Origin: Candidatus Obscuribacteraceae bacterium
GTDB taxonomy: Bacteria; Cyanobacteriota; Vampirovibrionia; Obscuribacterales; Obscuribacteraceae
Length of the DNA stretch: 64,000 nucleotides
NCBI GenBank assembly: GCA_044226015.1
Contig: JBGAHS010000005.1
Span: forward strand, 160,001-224,000
Direction: 5' to 3'
This document shows positions 30,065 to 40,196 of this stretch, in pieces (position 1 is the stretch's first letter; every line of letters begins with the position of its first letter). The notes under the pieces are model-generated. The model had not been told where the DNA came from and did not search any database. It was given only the letters and a program-made list of their open reading frames with translations. Both the position numbers and the translations under genes were made by a program.

Positions 30065-30422
30065 TTGATTCCTCGCATGTGTACATAATGGCTGTCGAAA
30101 GTCACCATCCGCGCTCATGCTACTACAAAATGGATAAAGCTCAGCTCTTTGCCATCACGATGTGAAATCTCTTGAAGTGGATCTCATAAAGCCAGTTTTA
30201 TGATGCAAAGAAGAATTTTAGGCTGCAATGCTTCATTGCGCCATTAATGGATTAGAGCACGCTAAGCTTCCGGAGATATCAATAGCAGCGGCATTTGCAG
30301 TCACTATGCTGAACTGGCAAATTTTTAATGATACTTGCTTATCCAGGAATAGTTCTCAAGTTGAATTGCTCTTCATGCGATTAATTCGTTGATGAACGAA
30401 AATAGTTCGTCTGGAGGCCACA

Positions 30423-31922
30423 TTGTTATTCAATAGTCTTCAATATCTACTATTTTTGCCGGTGGTGACGCTGCTGTATTGGCGTGCCCCCAAAGTGCTG
30501 CGTCTTCCGATTTTGCTGCTGGCGTCCTACCTGTTCTACATGAGCTGGATGCGAGTCTATGGGCTTTTGCTTTTCGGACTGACTCTGGTCAACTTCTTGA
30601 TTGGTCTTGCTATTCATAAGTCGGCTGCTAGAAATTATCGGAGATTGATATTTATTGCCGGTCTGAGCGTCAATTTGTTCTGCCTGGCATTATTCAAGTA
30701 CACGAATTTCTTGCTTGATTCGATTAGAACACTTTGTGCGAACTTTGAAGGAAGCGCTGCTCTTGCTGCTAATTCGGTTCTTCACACGATTAGCGCAAAT
30801 GTTCCGCATGACCTTCCCATAATTCTTCCGTTAGGAATTTCCTTTTTTGTTTTCGAATTCATTCATTACCTGACTGATATCTTCAAAGGCGATAAACCGA
30901 TTTTCTCACCATTGAAGTTTGCCTTGTTTGCTGCATTTTTTCCTTCTCAAATTGCTGGGCCAATCAAGCGATATCAGGATTTCGAGAAGCAGGAAGTTGC
31001 TGACGCAAAATTTGATAGAAAGCTATTTAATTCTGGGCTTCTTCTGATAGCTCAGGGTATGTTCAAGAAAGTTGCTCTGGGCGATAATCTTGCTCCAATT
31101 GTTCAAGTGGGTTTCAACAACCCGCATCTCATGAGCACCACAGATGCGTGGGCTTGTGTGCTCGCGTTTTCCATGCAAATTTACTATGACTTTTCTGGGT
31201 ATACCGACATTGCGATTGGCTCTGCAAATGTCCTTGGATTCACCCTTCCAGACAATTTCAAAATGCCTTATTCTGCAAGGAGTCTGAAAGATTTTTGGCA
31301 CCGTTGGCACATAAGTCTGTCTAGTTGGCTGCGAGACTATCTGTATATTCCACTCGGGGGTTCACGCAAAGGGAATGCTCGTGCGATAGTCAATTTGATT
31401 ACTACAATGTTGCTTGGTGGGCTTTGGCATGGTGCTTCATGGCATTTTGTTATTTGGGGCGGTATGCACGGGTTTGGTCTGGCTATCAATAAAATACTGG
31501 ACGAATTCATTTCGAAAAACAAGTTGCTCGAAAATCTGACAAAGACGACTGCTTGGAACCTCTGTGCTCAAGCATTCATTTTTGTATTTGTCTCTCTTGC
31601 GTGGGTGGTGTTCAGAGCTAAAGATGCTAGTGAGGCGTTCGCGATTTATCATCAATTGTTCTCAGTTCAGCCATCTTTGACACCAGAGGCTACGATAATT
31701 GAAAGTTTCTGGAATTCAAGTCTTCCATTTGCGGCTTCTGTTTATGTACTTGCAAATCTCGTCTCACGCTTGCCTGAGAAATTCAAATATTTCATTCCTG
31801 AGGGGCTCAGAGAAAATGGCATTCCAGCATATGCTCAGGTTGTTTTGCTTTCTGGTTTTGCTTTGCTCATAGTCGGACTTGCACCGCACGCGGCGATCCC
31901 TTTCATATACTTCCAATTCTAG
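30423..31922 (+). CDS. MBOAT O-acyltransferase (AlgI/PatA/DltB family)
   Basis: MLFNS, LPLGISFF, YYDFSGYTD, FWHRWHISLSSWLRDYLYIPLGG, GLWHGA. Confidence 0.95.
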   Translation: MLFNSLQYLLFLPVVTLLYWRAPKVLRLPILLLASYLFYMSWMRVYGLLLFGLTLVNFLIGLAIHKSAARNYRRLIFIAGLSVNLFCLALFKYTNFLLDSIRTLCANFEGSAALAANSVLHTISANVPHDLPIILPLGISFFVFEFIHYLTDIFKGDKPIFSPLKFALFAAFFPSQIAGPIKRYQDFEKQEVADAKFDRKLFNSGLLLIAQGMFKKVALGDNLAPIVQVGFNNPHLMSTTDAWACVLAFSMQIYYDFSGYTDIAIGSANVLGFTLPDNFKMPYSARSLKDFWHRWHISLSSWLRDYLYIPLGGSRKGNARAIVNLITTMLLGGLWHGASWHFVIWGGMHGFGLAINKILDEFISKNKLLENLTKTTAWNLCAQAFIFVFVSLAWVVFRAKDASEAFAIYHQLFSVQPSLTPEATIIESFWNSSLPFAASVYVLANLVSRLPEKFKYFIPEGLRENGIPAYAQVVLLSGFALLIVGLAPHAAIPFIYFQF

Positions 31923-31932
31923 GGACGAAGCG

Positions 31933-33771
31933 ATGGTTGAAACCGAAACAAAGGAACAGAGACTGAGGCGGGTAGGCGCACCACCCGTGCCACCAGCGGC
32001 AGGCGGCGCTAGATCATTCATTTTGCAAGTTTCCAGTTTCGTTATAGCTACAATTTCTTGCATACTACTCATCGTTTTGACGCTGCTAGCACTTGAGTGG
32101 TCTTTCGCAGTCGCTCATATCGGCGAAGACACCGTAGTTACGCCAGACCCTCTTTTAGGCTATGCCCATCTGAACCAGCAAAGGCTGGTTTATCGGCAAG
32201 AAGGGTTTTCGGTTTCTCGAACGAATTCGCTCGGATTCAGAGAGCGCGAATTCAGTATCGTGAAGCCGGCTGACGCTACTCGTATTTGCGTTCTCGGTGA
32301 TTCCATGACTGTGGGAATGGAAGTTCCTCCAGAGTTCACATTCACGAGGTTGTTGGAAAATTATTTGAACAATGAAGGACATGGAAAATTTGAAGTCCTC
32401 AATTGTGGTATGTCGGGGTTTGGAACTGGACAAGAATACTTGCTCTACCGCCAGAAAGTGCGACAGTTGCATCCTGATGTTTTGGTGCTCACTTACAATA
32501 TAGGTGACGCCGAAGACAACGTATTCCAGCGAGTTGGAATGAATCCGCCAAGACCAATTTTCCGGGTCGAAAATGGCACACTCAGAGCTGAGTTGCAGCA
32601 AATAACAGATTGGTTCGCATCTACTGATGCACGTTTCTATTCTTCATTCGAGTGCTTGCGTCGCCATAGCAGAGTGCTTTCTGTGCTGACCAAGTTGAAC
32701 CTTGATCTAAGCAATTCCGACCCCACATACAAAGCGATTGTTGGCTGTCTGGGCAAGCCCATCGGCATCGTTTGGGGTAAGGTTTTGAACTCATTGCCTG
32801 TGGTGCCTCCAAATACACCGGATGCTTCTCAAACCACCTTTGAGTTTGCTGACCCTGTTTCATACTCAGGTGAAATCAATCAACTGCTTCCCCAGGCAGT
32901 TCCACCCGCGCTCAATCAAGCGCCGGCCACTCTCGAATTGCGTCAAGCATTCGCGGCTACCCGCTCTGCAACTGAAGTTACTCTTGGAATATTGCAGTCA
33001 CTAAATCGTGATTGTAAGCAAGACAATTGCAAGCTTGTAGTTGTTGCAGCTCCTGGTTTGACCAATTCAGCTTTCTTCCAAAGAGAGTTGCTCTCCATAA
33101 AAGCGCTTGCTGCAAGAGATGGTTTCCAAATCATTGATTCTGGAAAGACATTTCCAGCACGTGCTCCGATGCAGGTCAGCCCATACTTCTTTGGTCTTCA
33201 CTTCACTCGTGCCGGGCATCAGGTTATGAGCAAGGCGATTTTTTACGGCTTGAAGAATGAACCTGTGCCTTCACCTGAGTCGACTGTTACTCCAGTAGTG
33301 ACTGCGCCAAAGCCCGTAACTTCGCTGCGACGGAAACTAAAGGACGAGCCGACAGAGGCTGAAAGCGAGAATGCTGAAGCCATTTCCATCCCCCAGTCTG
33401 TTCCTGATACAATAGAAAATGCCGAGACATCTGAGGAGTCTACCGTGAGCAACGATGAATCCAATAAAGACGCTTCAAACCAAGAGCAAGCAGACCAAGA
33501 GCTTAATCAGGGTATGAGCGAGGCTGATAAAGTTCGAGCTCTGCGGAAGGCTAAAGGTGGCTCGGGGCTGACTGGAGAACTGGGAAAACCTCTGGTAAAA
33601 CAAGAGGAAGTTTCCAATCGTGCTGAAGAAATTGAATCTAAATATCAAGAACTCAGCAAGTACAAGAAGTTTGCTACTAGCGGCATTACCAGTGCTTTTG
33701 GTGATTTGTTGAGCCCTTCCAAAAAGGAAGAAGAAAAGAAATCCGAGTCGGGCGACAGTACCGAAAAGTAG
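31933..33771 (+). CDS. SGNH/GDSL-family periplasmic O-acetyltransferase-like protein with acidic C-terminal tail
   Basis: TM anchor, NSLGFR, LGDSMT, NCGMSGFGT, HFTRAGH; adjacent to the MBOAT. Confidence 0.85.
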   Translation: MVETETKEQRLRRVGAPPVPPAAGGARSFILQVSSFVIATISCILLIVLTLLALEWSFAVAHIGEDTVVTPDPLLGYAHLNQQRLVYRQEGFSVSRTNSLGFREREFSIVKPADATRICVLGDSMTVGMEVPPEFTFTRLLENYLNNEGHGKFEVLNCGMSGFGTGQEYLLYRQKVRQLHPDVLVLTYNIGDAEDNVFQRVGMNPPRPIFRVENGTLRAELQQITDWFASTDARFYSSFECLRRHSRVLSVLTKLNLDLSNSDPTYKAIVGCLGKPIGIVWGKVLNSLPVVPPNTPDASQTTFEFADPVSYSGEINQLLPQAVPPALNQAPATLELRQAFAATRSATEVTLGILQSLNRDCKQDNCKLVVVAAPGLTNSAFFQRELLSIKALAARDGFQIIDSGKTFPARAPMQVSPYFFGLHFTRAGHQVMSKAIFYGLKNEPVPSPESTVTPVVTAPKPVTSLRRKLKDEPTEAESENAEAISIPQSVPDTIENAETSEESTVSNDESNKDASNQEQADQELNQGMSEADKVRALRKAKGGSGLTGELGKPLVKQEEVSNRAEEIESKYQELSKYKKFATSGITSAFGDLLSPSKKEEEKKSESGDSTEK

Positions 33772-33836
33772 CTAGTCAGATGATTGTATCGTCGACCGTC
33801 GGCAGAGTTTGTCGACACAATTCTCGGTTGTACAGG

Positions 33837-35015
33837 CTATTTCGTTTCGTTAGTGGTTTCGGTTGAACCGATGGCGCGCGGTTTCGTTCTGCCCTGAGCG
33901 GCCTTCATGATGACTCCGATATCGTCCATGAGTTCGAAATCTGATTTACCAGCGCAAACGTGCAATTCCTGACTTAAGAGTCGTAATCTATCAGTCAGAT
34001 GCTTGTTTGGAAAGGTCTGTCCGTACACTTGCTGTTCGCACCACGCTATTTTCGTCTGAAGCTTTGCATCAGCAGACGGTAATAGGCTCGGGTCCGAATT
34101 GCCACCATCGGCGGTGTCGGGTGCGGCTGATAAGTTCAGATCGTCTTTGGGTGGGGCCGTGTCCTGAGGGCGGTTAGCTCCTGGTCGATTTCCCAGCATT
34201 CCCATCGCCGCTCCAGGAATCATTCCCAATCCGCCCAGTCCTGTCATGCCTAGCAATGTGTTTGCCGCCATTGCAATTGCAGCTTTTGACATGTTTGCTT
34301 TGTTTGAAGGCTGTGTATTCGGTGTGGGTCTTTCTACCTGATACATCTGGCTGGAAGAAGCAACAACCTTCTTGTGCAATTTCTTCTCTGCATATTCTTC
34401 CAGTTTGTCTGTGCGCTGACTGTAGTCCAGAATGTTTGTGGGTGAGCCAAACGCCGATGTCTCCAGCTTCGATAGTCTCGCAGAAATCGGGTCCTTTTCG
34501 TATGTATGACCTAATATCGCGGTTTCAAGAGCTGTTATCTTGGGGTAGTCCTTCAGCTCAGCCGCTTCGACATCGCTCAATGAAGCAGATGAGTCGGCTG
34601 CGTATGAAGAGCCTGATTTATTGGAAGGCGCTGTTGCCGTGTTGTTGGTGTTGCTGTTATGCCCTGATGCCGTTTTTGCTGGCTTGACTAATGCTGGGTC
34701 AGGCTTAGGTGGCGTCAGCTCCTCATCTTTATATAGACCAATCAAATCCTCTACGCGTTGTTGTGCACTGCCAGTCTTTTGCTCGCCCAAAATTAAGTCT
34801 TCCAGACGTGCTGCTCTTTCTTCAATACTTTCAGTCTCGAAGCTGTGTCCGAACAGTTTGTATTCGAGGCGACCGAGTTTCTCTTTATTGCCTGAGCTGA
34901 GTTCATCTGCAGCCCAAATCGGCAAGCAATGGCAAGCTAGCAGCGATAGGCTGCATGAAATTGTTATAAGAACCCGCATTCGCCTCACCACGGATTGACC
35001 TGGCAATTTTATCAT
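33837..35015 (-). CDS. Exported hypothetical protein with three LE-x-x-(L/I/V)-G helical repeats
   Basis: Signal peptide; LEYKLFG, LETAILG, CEQQVYG repeats. Confidence 0.7.
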   Translation of the reverse strand: MIKLPGQSVVRRMRVLITISCSLSLLACHCLPIWAADELSSGNKEKLGRLEYKLFGHSFETESIEERAARLEDLILGEQKTGSAQQRVEDLIGLYKDEELTPPKPDPALVKPAKTASGHNSNTNNTATAPSNKSGSSYAADSSASLSDVEAAELKDYPKITALETAILGHTYEKDPISARLSKLETSAFGSPTNILDYSQRTDKLEEYAEKKLHKKVVASSSQMYQVERPTPNTQPSNKANMSKAAIAMAANTLLGMTGLGGLGMIPGAAMGMLGNRPGANRPQDTAPPKDDLNLSAAPDTADGGNSDPSLLPSADAKLQTKIAWCEQQVYGQTFPNKHLTDRLRLLSQELHVCAGKSDFELMDDIGVIMKAAQGRTKPRAIGSTETTNETK

Positions 35016-35125
35016 GACAATTTTAGGGCGAGGGTCTTGTCATCCGCTGGCGAGATTTCTTGAAGCAATTGTCATATAAGGGATTCGCGCCGTTATTTGC
35101 TCAAATTTCGGGGAAGATACCTTTT

Positions 35126-37723
35126 ATGATATTAACCAGTTTTTTGCCTCGCCTAATAGCTTTTCTTCTGCTCATTCAAATTCCTGTTTGGTGGCTTGCC
35201 GACAGCTTCGCGCCCGCTGCTAGTGCATTCGTTTACGAATCAATTGCGGATAAAGTGTGCTCAAAAATTGAAGAAACTAAAGATAAGAGCCAGCGACATT
35301 TCCTTGAAATGGGTCACTATTACAACCTTGCCTGGATTCATGTCAGTGACAATAAGTCCAAAAATGTCGAAGGCTCTAATCGTCCTGGTTATCTGCCTGA
35401 TTTGTCCCAAGAGCCGAGTCGCGTAATTGTTGAAAGAGCAAATCGCTTCGTTGAAATTTATAGACCCCTTCCCAAAGAGAGTGTGTACCTCGGTTTTCGC
35501 TGCCCTGCCATTCTTGATTCGTTGTTGACCAAAGGGGTCTGGCCGAGTCAAATACCGTTAGGTACAGTTGCTATTGCCACCGTCCTAAATGCTGTTGCGT
35601 TGCTTGGTGCTTACGTTGCGTTTTTTGGTCTTCCTTTGCACAGTTTGTTGGCCAAAATGGGTAAAGGCGAGGACATTTCTGATGAATATCCGCCATTTGT
35701 GAGTTCGGAACTCAGCCAGATCAACAAAGCCGTTGAAGCGCGTTTTGCAAATCTGCGTGGTGAACATGAGAAGAGCATCACTGCAGCCCGCTCTGATTTA
35801 ACCGGTGCAATGGCTAAAGAATCTGATGACAGATTTCTTTCCAGGCTTCTTTCCGATTTGTTTGCCGTGCGCCGGTCTGATGCCGTGTATTCCGTAATTG
35901 CTCAACACTTGTCCGATGATTTTATCGGCGTAGTAAAAGCTGGTTTTGGTTTCGAGTTTACGTCTTCTGGTAAATGGCGTGTAACTTCGTCGTGGGGACT
36001 TTCAGAAGAACAGAGCAAAATTCTTGACGAACTGTCTAGCAGCCAATTCGTGGTGCTCGCTCGCAAGATGCACACTGCTTCGTTTTTGGGAAAAGATGAA
36101 CTAGCTTCGAAGAGATTGGAAGCTATGGTCACAGAATTGAATTGTGATCAGACTGTGTTGATTCCGATGGCTATCTCTCCGTCTGAGCGTGCCTACCTAA
36201 GTTTGTTTGTATCAAATAAGGAACAGCACAGTGTGCAGCGCTTAGAACGAATCGTTCATCGCATTTCTGAGCGAGTTTCACCCATCTGGAGTCTTATTGC
36301 AGGTTACGATAACGCATTCAGGCTCAGCCGACACGACTTGCTGACAGGGTTGCAAAATCGTGTGGCACTTGAGGAATTGTTTCATGCGCTGAAATATCCT
36401 GCCAATGGTGAGCAGATTCAAACCGAGCTTTGCTTCATGATTTTTGAAGGTGACAACTTCAGGCAAATGCTGAATAGTTATGGACCGCGCACTATCGATC
36501 AACTGATTCAAGAGATGGGGCAGCAGCTGCTTGTATCACTAGAGCAGAGTGTGCGTTTCAAAAAGGCCAGTGCAAGAATTGATTTTTCGAGAAACCTGTA
36601 TCGAGTAGGTGCCTGTAAGTTCCTGTTGGTGCTTGAAGACTCAAGCACCAAGAAAGCCATAGATATGGCGGAGTCTGTTTCGGCAAGTATTGCAGAGCGG
36701 AAAGATTGGGCACACGGTTTGCCATCATGGTCGGTGTCAGTAGGTGTTAATTGTTTTCAGTTGAAGAATGCAAATCCTGAGGACAGCTTTGAAGTCGCTC
36801 TGATAACTCTGGATTATATTCGGTCACGAAGATCTACCGGAGTTGTGGTTTCTTCAAAAGATGTTCCAGAAGATTTCATGTCTAGAGCGCAAAGTAAAAA
36901 TCGGGGAGCAATTGAAGCTCTAGAGCCTGATTCATTATTGAAAAAATTCGAACAAAATCAGAAGACTGGCATTCTCACTGCGTCTAATGACGAGGGAAGA
37001 ATGTTTTGGTCTTATTTTGAAGAAGGGGTTCCCAAGAAAGCGAGAATGGGCACTCTATGTGGTGACATAGCACTCGTTGAGTTCCTCACGAGCTTTTCTC
37101 AAGTTAGCTACCGAATGCAAGACATCGCCTCGCTTGATGCGCAAACATCTAGCGATATGAAAAATCTTGGTGGTGCTTATCTGATTCAAACTGATGTTAA
37201 TGAACTAATTGATTTTTCAAATCGAATGAACAAATTAGGTTCAGATGCAAAAGTGCATTTGAAAACTCCAGATATGATTGTGCACCCCACTACCGAGCAC
37301 AAGGATGGTCAGATTGAAGAGACGTTCTTCAAAGCAGGCAAAACGCCTCATGTAATCTACTTGAATGTGGTGAAAAAACTTTGGGAAATTTCGAATGGCA
37401 GATACACTCTTGAAGAGATGATCTCAAAGATAGAAGAATCTTGTCCTTCTGCACTTGTTTGGGCTGCTGCTGATTTCTTGTCGCAGAACAAATTGATCAA
37501 GTTCTCTCGCTTGAGAGTATCTGTTCACACCGATGGCGCTTCAGAAAAGGAAGCCGGCGCCGTTGTGGCAAAGGGAACCTCTGCGGTTAAAGCACCACCA
37601 GCTGCATCAGGCTATGTGTCGCTTCCGAGAATGTGTAATGTCTGTCGAACAGTTGATCCGTTGAGTCAAAAGTTCTGTGTCCACTGCGGTGCTGAAATGG
37701 GACCTGCTCCCACCAGAGACTGA
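35126..37723 (+). CDS. Membrane signalling protein: degenerate GGDEF, DUF4388-like domain, C-terminal Zn ribbon
   Basis: HDLLTGLQNR, RVGACKF in place of RxGGDEF, KTGILT, CNVC...CVHCG. Confidence 0.8.
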   Translation: MILTSFLPRLIAFLLLIQIPVWWLADSFAPAASAFVYESIADKVCSKIEETKDKSQRHFLEMGHYYNLAWIHVSDNKSKNVEGSNRPGYLPDLSQEPSRVIVERANRFVEIYRPLPKESVYLGFRCPAILDSLLTKGVWPSQIPLGTVAIATVLNAVALLGAYVAFFGLPLHSLLAKMGKGEDISDEYPPFVSSELSQINKAVEARFANLRGEHEKSITAARSDLTGAMAKESDDRFLSRLLSDLFAVRRSDAVYSVIAQHLSDDFIGVVKAGFGFEFTSSGKWRVTSSWGLSEEQSKILDELSSSQFVVLARKMHTASFLGKDELASKRLEAMVTELNCDQTVLIPMAISPSERAYLSLFVSNKEQHSVQRLERIVHRISERVSPIWSLIAGYDNAFRLSRHDLLTGLQNRVALEELFHALKYPANGEQIQTELCFMIFEGDNFRQMLNSYGPRTIDQLIQEMGQQLLVSLEQSVRFKKASARIDFSRNLYRVGACKFLLVLEDSSTKKAIDMAESVSASIAERKDWAHGLPSWSVSVGVNCFQLKNANPEDSFEVALITLDYIRSRRSTGVVVSSKDVPEDFMSRAQSKNRGAIEALEPDSLLKKFEQNQKTGILTASNDEGRMFWSYFEEGVPKKARMGTLCGDIALVEFLTSFSQVSYRMQDIASLDAQTSSDMKNLGGAYLIQTDVNELIDFSNRMNKLGSDAKVHLKTPDMIVHPTTEHKDGQIEETFFKAGKTPHVIYLNVVKKLWEISNGRYTLEEMISKIEESCPSALVWAAADFLSQNKLIKFSRLRVSVHTDGASEKEAGAVVAKGTSAVKAPPAASGYVSLPRMCNVCRTVDPLSQKFCVHCGAEMGPAPTRD

Positions 37724-37733
37724 TCTGCTTGCG

Positions 37734-38258
37734 TTAGAAGTCCCACTTAGTTTGTTTGTGGTGAGTGTCTACGCTATCGATTTCCTTGTTGAGTCGATTC
37801 GAGCCAACTCGAAAGTACCGTTGAATTACCTTTTGCATGGGGTTATCGATTACATCTTCACGGATCATCCAGCCGCGCCGTCCCTTCTGTCTGCCACTCA
37901 TTACAGCAACTTTGACAATACGGTAAGGGCAAGAAAAAATCATTATCTTCCCCGTTTCCAAAACTCTTATTTTGGTTTCGTCTTCCAGCTTTTTGATGCT
38001 GCCTTCTTCAACTTTCATTTTTAGGACACCTTCAGCGGTCTCTCTGTCTCGTGGGCTGAGACCTATTGTGGCGTCGATGGGCCAGCGGATATCCTCCTTA
38101 GCTTGCGCGAAGTATGCGCTTCCGTATTTAGGACCCGCTGCTTCGCATTCAGTTCCGGAAATAGGAGTGTTGCCGTTGAGAATCGCTACTCCGAGCCCGC
38201 TTGTGTACAAATACCAGAGACAAAAACCAGAAACAACTAAGGTAAATAACTTACCCAT
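37734..38258 (-). CDS. Hypothetical membrane-anchored protein
   Basis: N-terminal TM, SH3-like GRRGW motif. Confidence 0.6.
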   Translation of the reverse strand: MGKLFTLVVSGFCLWYLYTSGLGVAILNGNTPISGTECEAAGPKYGSAYFAQAKEDIRWPIDATIGLSPRDRETAEGVLKMKVEEGSIKKLEDETKIRVLETGKIMIFSCPYRIVKVAVMSGRQKGRRGWMIREDVIDNPMQKVIQRYFRVGSNRLNKEIDSVDTHHKQTKWDF

Positions 38259-38441
38259 GATAATTTCCCCCGATTTGGAAAGCGTAGACACCAGGGTTAA
38301 TTTCGCATTTCCCTGCTTTAAGTAAGTGTTGAAATTACGCTTATGTTGTCAATATATCAACGCATGCAGATTTTGACAAGTGCTCTTGCACGTATTAATG
38401 ATTAATCCGCTTTTGATTGATGTTATAAGAACTGTCTGGGA

Positions 38442-38757
38442 TTGTTGGTGCTTCCCGGGAGTGCCGACTTCCAGCCGGTATCTGGAGCTCGGACTTGCTT
38501 TCAGGCGATAACCCTTCCGATATAAAGCGTGTAAATAACAGTTATTTGCCTCTGGTTCTTTTTTTTCAGCCTAAGGCTTATAATTTGATGGTTCCTGCTC
38601 GAGCGGACAGAAGTGCCATCTAACGCGCACAGGAGCAAGCTGCTCGAACGGAAGCGTCGCCAAACTGCTCTCATGGAAGCACCATCCCGTTCGTCCGGGA
38701 GCACCAACAGTTTGGTGGCTTCGAGGAGTATTTGCCAAATGGAAACTCGGTGATACT
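38442..38757. ncRNA. Unidentified highly structured non-coding element
   Basis: Terminal complementarity 38442-38460/38694-38710 plus several internal stems in a ~500-bp intergenic region. Confidence 0.5.
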
Positions 38758-38787
38758 GCTTGTGGTGTCACATCCGGTGAACAAAAA

Positions 38788-39399
38788 ATGCCCAAACCGT
38801 TCAGAAGAAAAAAAGTCAAGCCAGTCATCGGAGGCGTTTTGTCTGGTGGCTACAGCAGTCGCATGGGCAAGCCCAAAGATCGGATTGTACTGTCAGATGG
38901 GCGATGCATGATTCAACATGTGGTTGAAGTTCTTCTTTGCGTTTGCAATGAAGTGGTTGTTGCTGGTCCAGAAATTCCAGAATTATTGATGGAAAGCGAG
39001 CGGGTTCATTTCGTTCACGACAACTTTCCTGGACAGGGACCACTGGCTGGCATCGAGGCGATTCTCGGAACCGGATATTCAAACGGTTACGTAATTGCTG
39101 CATGCGATCAGCCGCTGCTCACCGAAGAAATCTTACGCATGCTAATTCCTGAATCTCGTGATATGCCATGCTTTTTCGAAGCTGCCGAAGGTCAACCTAT
39201 TCAGCCTTTGCCTGGGTACTACCCTGTCACTTGGTTGGCCGACATAAGGGATTCGCTGCGACGCAATCGCAGAGCACTGAAAGGATTGATCGCAGAATCT
39301 GATGTGGTTCTGAAGCCGATGACAGCGAAAGCTGCCTGGTGTTTGCAATCTATTAATACCGAGGACGACCTTTCGCGTCTAACGCCATTTTTAGGTTGA
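38788..39399 (+). CDS. mobA: Molybdenum cofactor guanylyltransferase
   Basis: LSGGYSSRMGKPK, GPLAGI, ACDQP, INTEDDL. Confidence 0.88.
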   Translation: MPKPFRRKKVKPVIGGVLSGGYSSRMGKPKDRIVLSDGRCMIQHVVEVLLCVCNEVVVAGPEIPELLMESERVHFVHDNFPGQGPLAGIEAILGTGYSNGYVIAACDQPLLTEEILRMLIPESRDMPCFFEAAEGQPIQPLPGYYPVTWLADIRDSLRRNRRALKGLIAESDVVLKPMTAKAAWCLQSINTEDDLSRLTPFLG

Positions 39400-39512
39400 A
39401 TTCGAATTAAGGGCGCTATAATTCCTTTCTGAATTCCGCTCAGCGACCGGCTATATATGCTGGATAGCGATCGCATGTTTGGTTGACATCACTTCTGCTT
39501 TTGGAGTAAATC

Positions 39513-39980
39513 ATGGTTGATAAAGTAACTTTGAAGGTCAAACGTTTGCCGCATTGCAAGGACCTTCCCAGGTATGCTACGCCAGGCTCTGCTGGCATGG
39601 ACCTGACAGCTGCCATCGAGAAACCATATACGCTAGAAGCTGGTCAGCGGTATGCTATGCCAACAGGTATTATTGTCGAAATTCCAGAGCATTATGAAGG
39701 GCAGGTTCGCCCTCGCTCGGGCTTGGCATTCAAAGCTGGCATCAGTTTGACCAACTGCGTGGGCACCATTGATAGTGACTATCGCGGCGAGGTGAAAGTT
39801 TTGCTCATCAATCATGGGCAAGCTGCTTATACGTTCGAGCCAGGCGAGAGAATTGCGCAACTTCTGGTCACACCAGTTCCTGTAGTTAGCATCGTTGAAG
39901 TCGATGAGTTGAGTGAAAGTGCCGAACGCGGTGCCGGTGGCTTCGGATCCACTGGACGCAGTGTTCTGACGGTGAATTAA
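39513..39980 (+). CDS. dut: dUTP diphosphatase
   Basis: [38 protein letters not shown]. Confidence 0.97.
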   Translation: MVDKVTLKVKRLPHCKDLPRYATPGSAGMDLTAAIEKPYTLEAGQRYAMPTGIIVEIPEHYEGQVRPRSGLAFKAGISLTNCVGTIDSDYRGEVKVLLINHGQAAYTFEPGERIAQLLVTPVPVVSIVEVDELSESAERGAGGFGSTGRSVLTVN

Positions 39981-40196
39981 TTCTCACAATCTCTTCGGAT
40001 TCGTCATCTTGAGTTCATAAGCCGCTTGCTGCCTCGATTGTAGGCGCCAGCGGTTTTGTGTGTATTTGCGAAACCTGCATTCACGCTTGCTAGCAATCAG
40101 TACCGAAGCCGGTTCGGATCGGTTAAACTGAGATTTCCAGGAAAAAAATTGTTCTCATCGTCGCGCTCCGGCAAGGAGTGCTCAAGGAGTATTTGG

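Noticed and set aside
38442..38757. Assignment as tmRNA, RNase P, SRP, tRNA-Sec or Moco riboswitch
   Set aside because: Only fragments resemble these (AAATAAC...GCCTAA; AAGTCCGAGCTCC on the minus strand). There is no tRNA-like domain, CR-V, SRP helix-8 motif or UCA anticodon arm.
39448..39471. ModE-box-like GCTATATA...ATAGCGAT after mobA
   Set aside because: Half-site spacing is shorter than the ModE consensus and it precedes dut; more likely promoter sequence.
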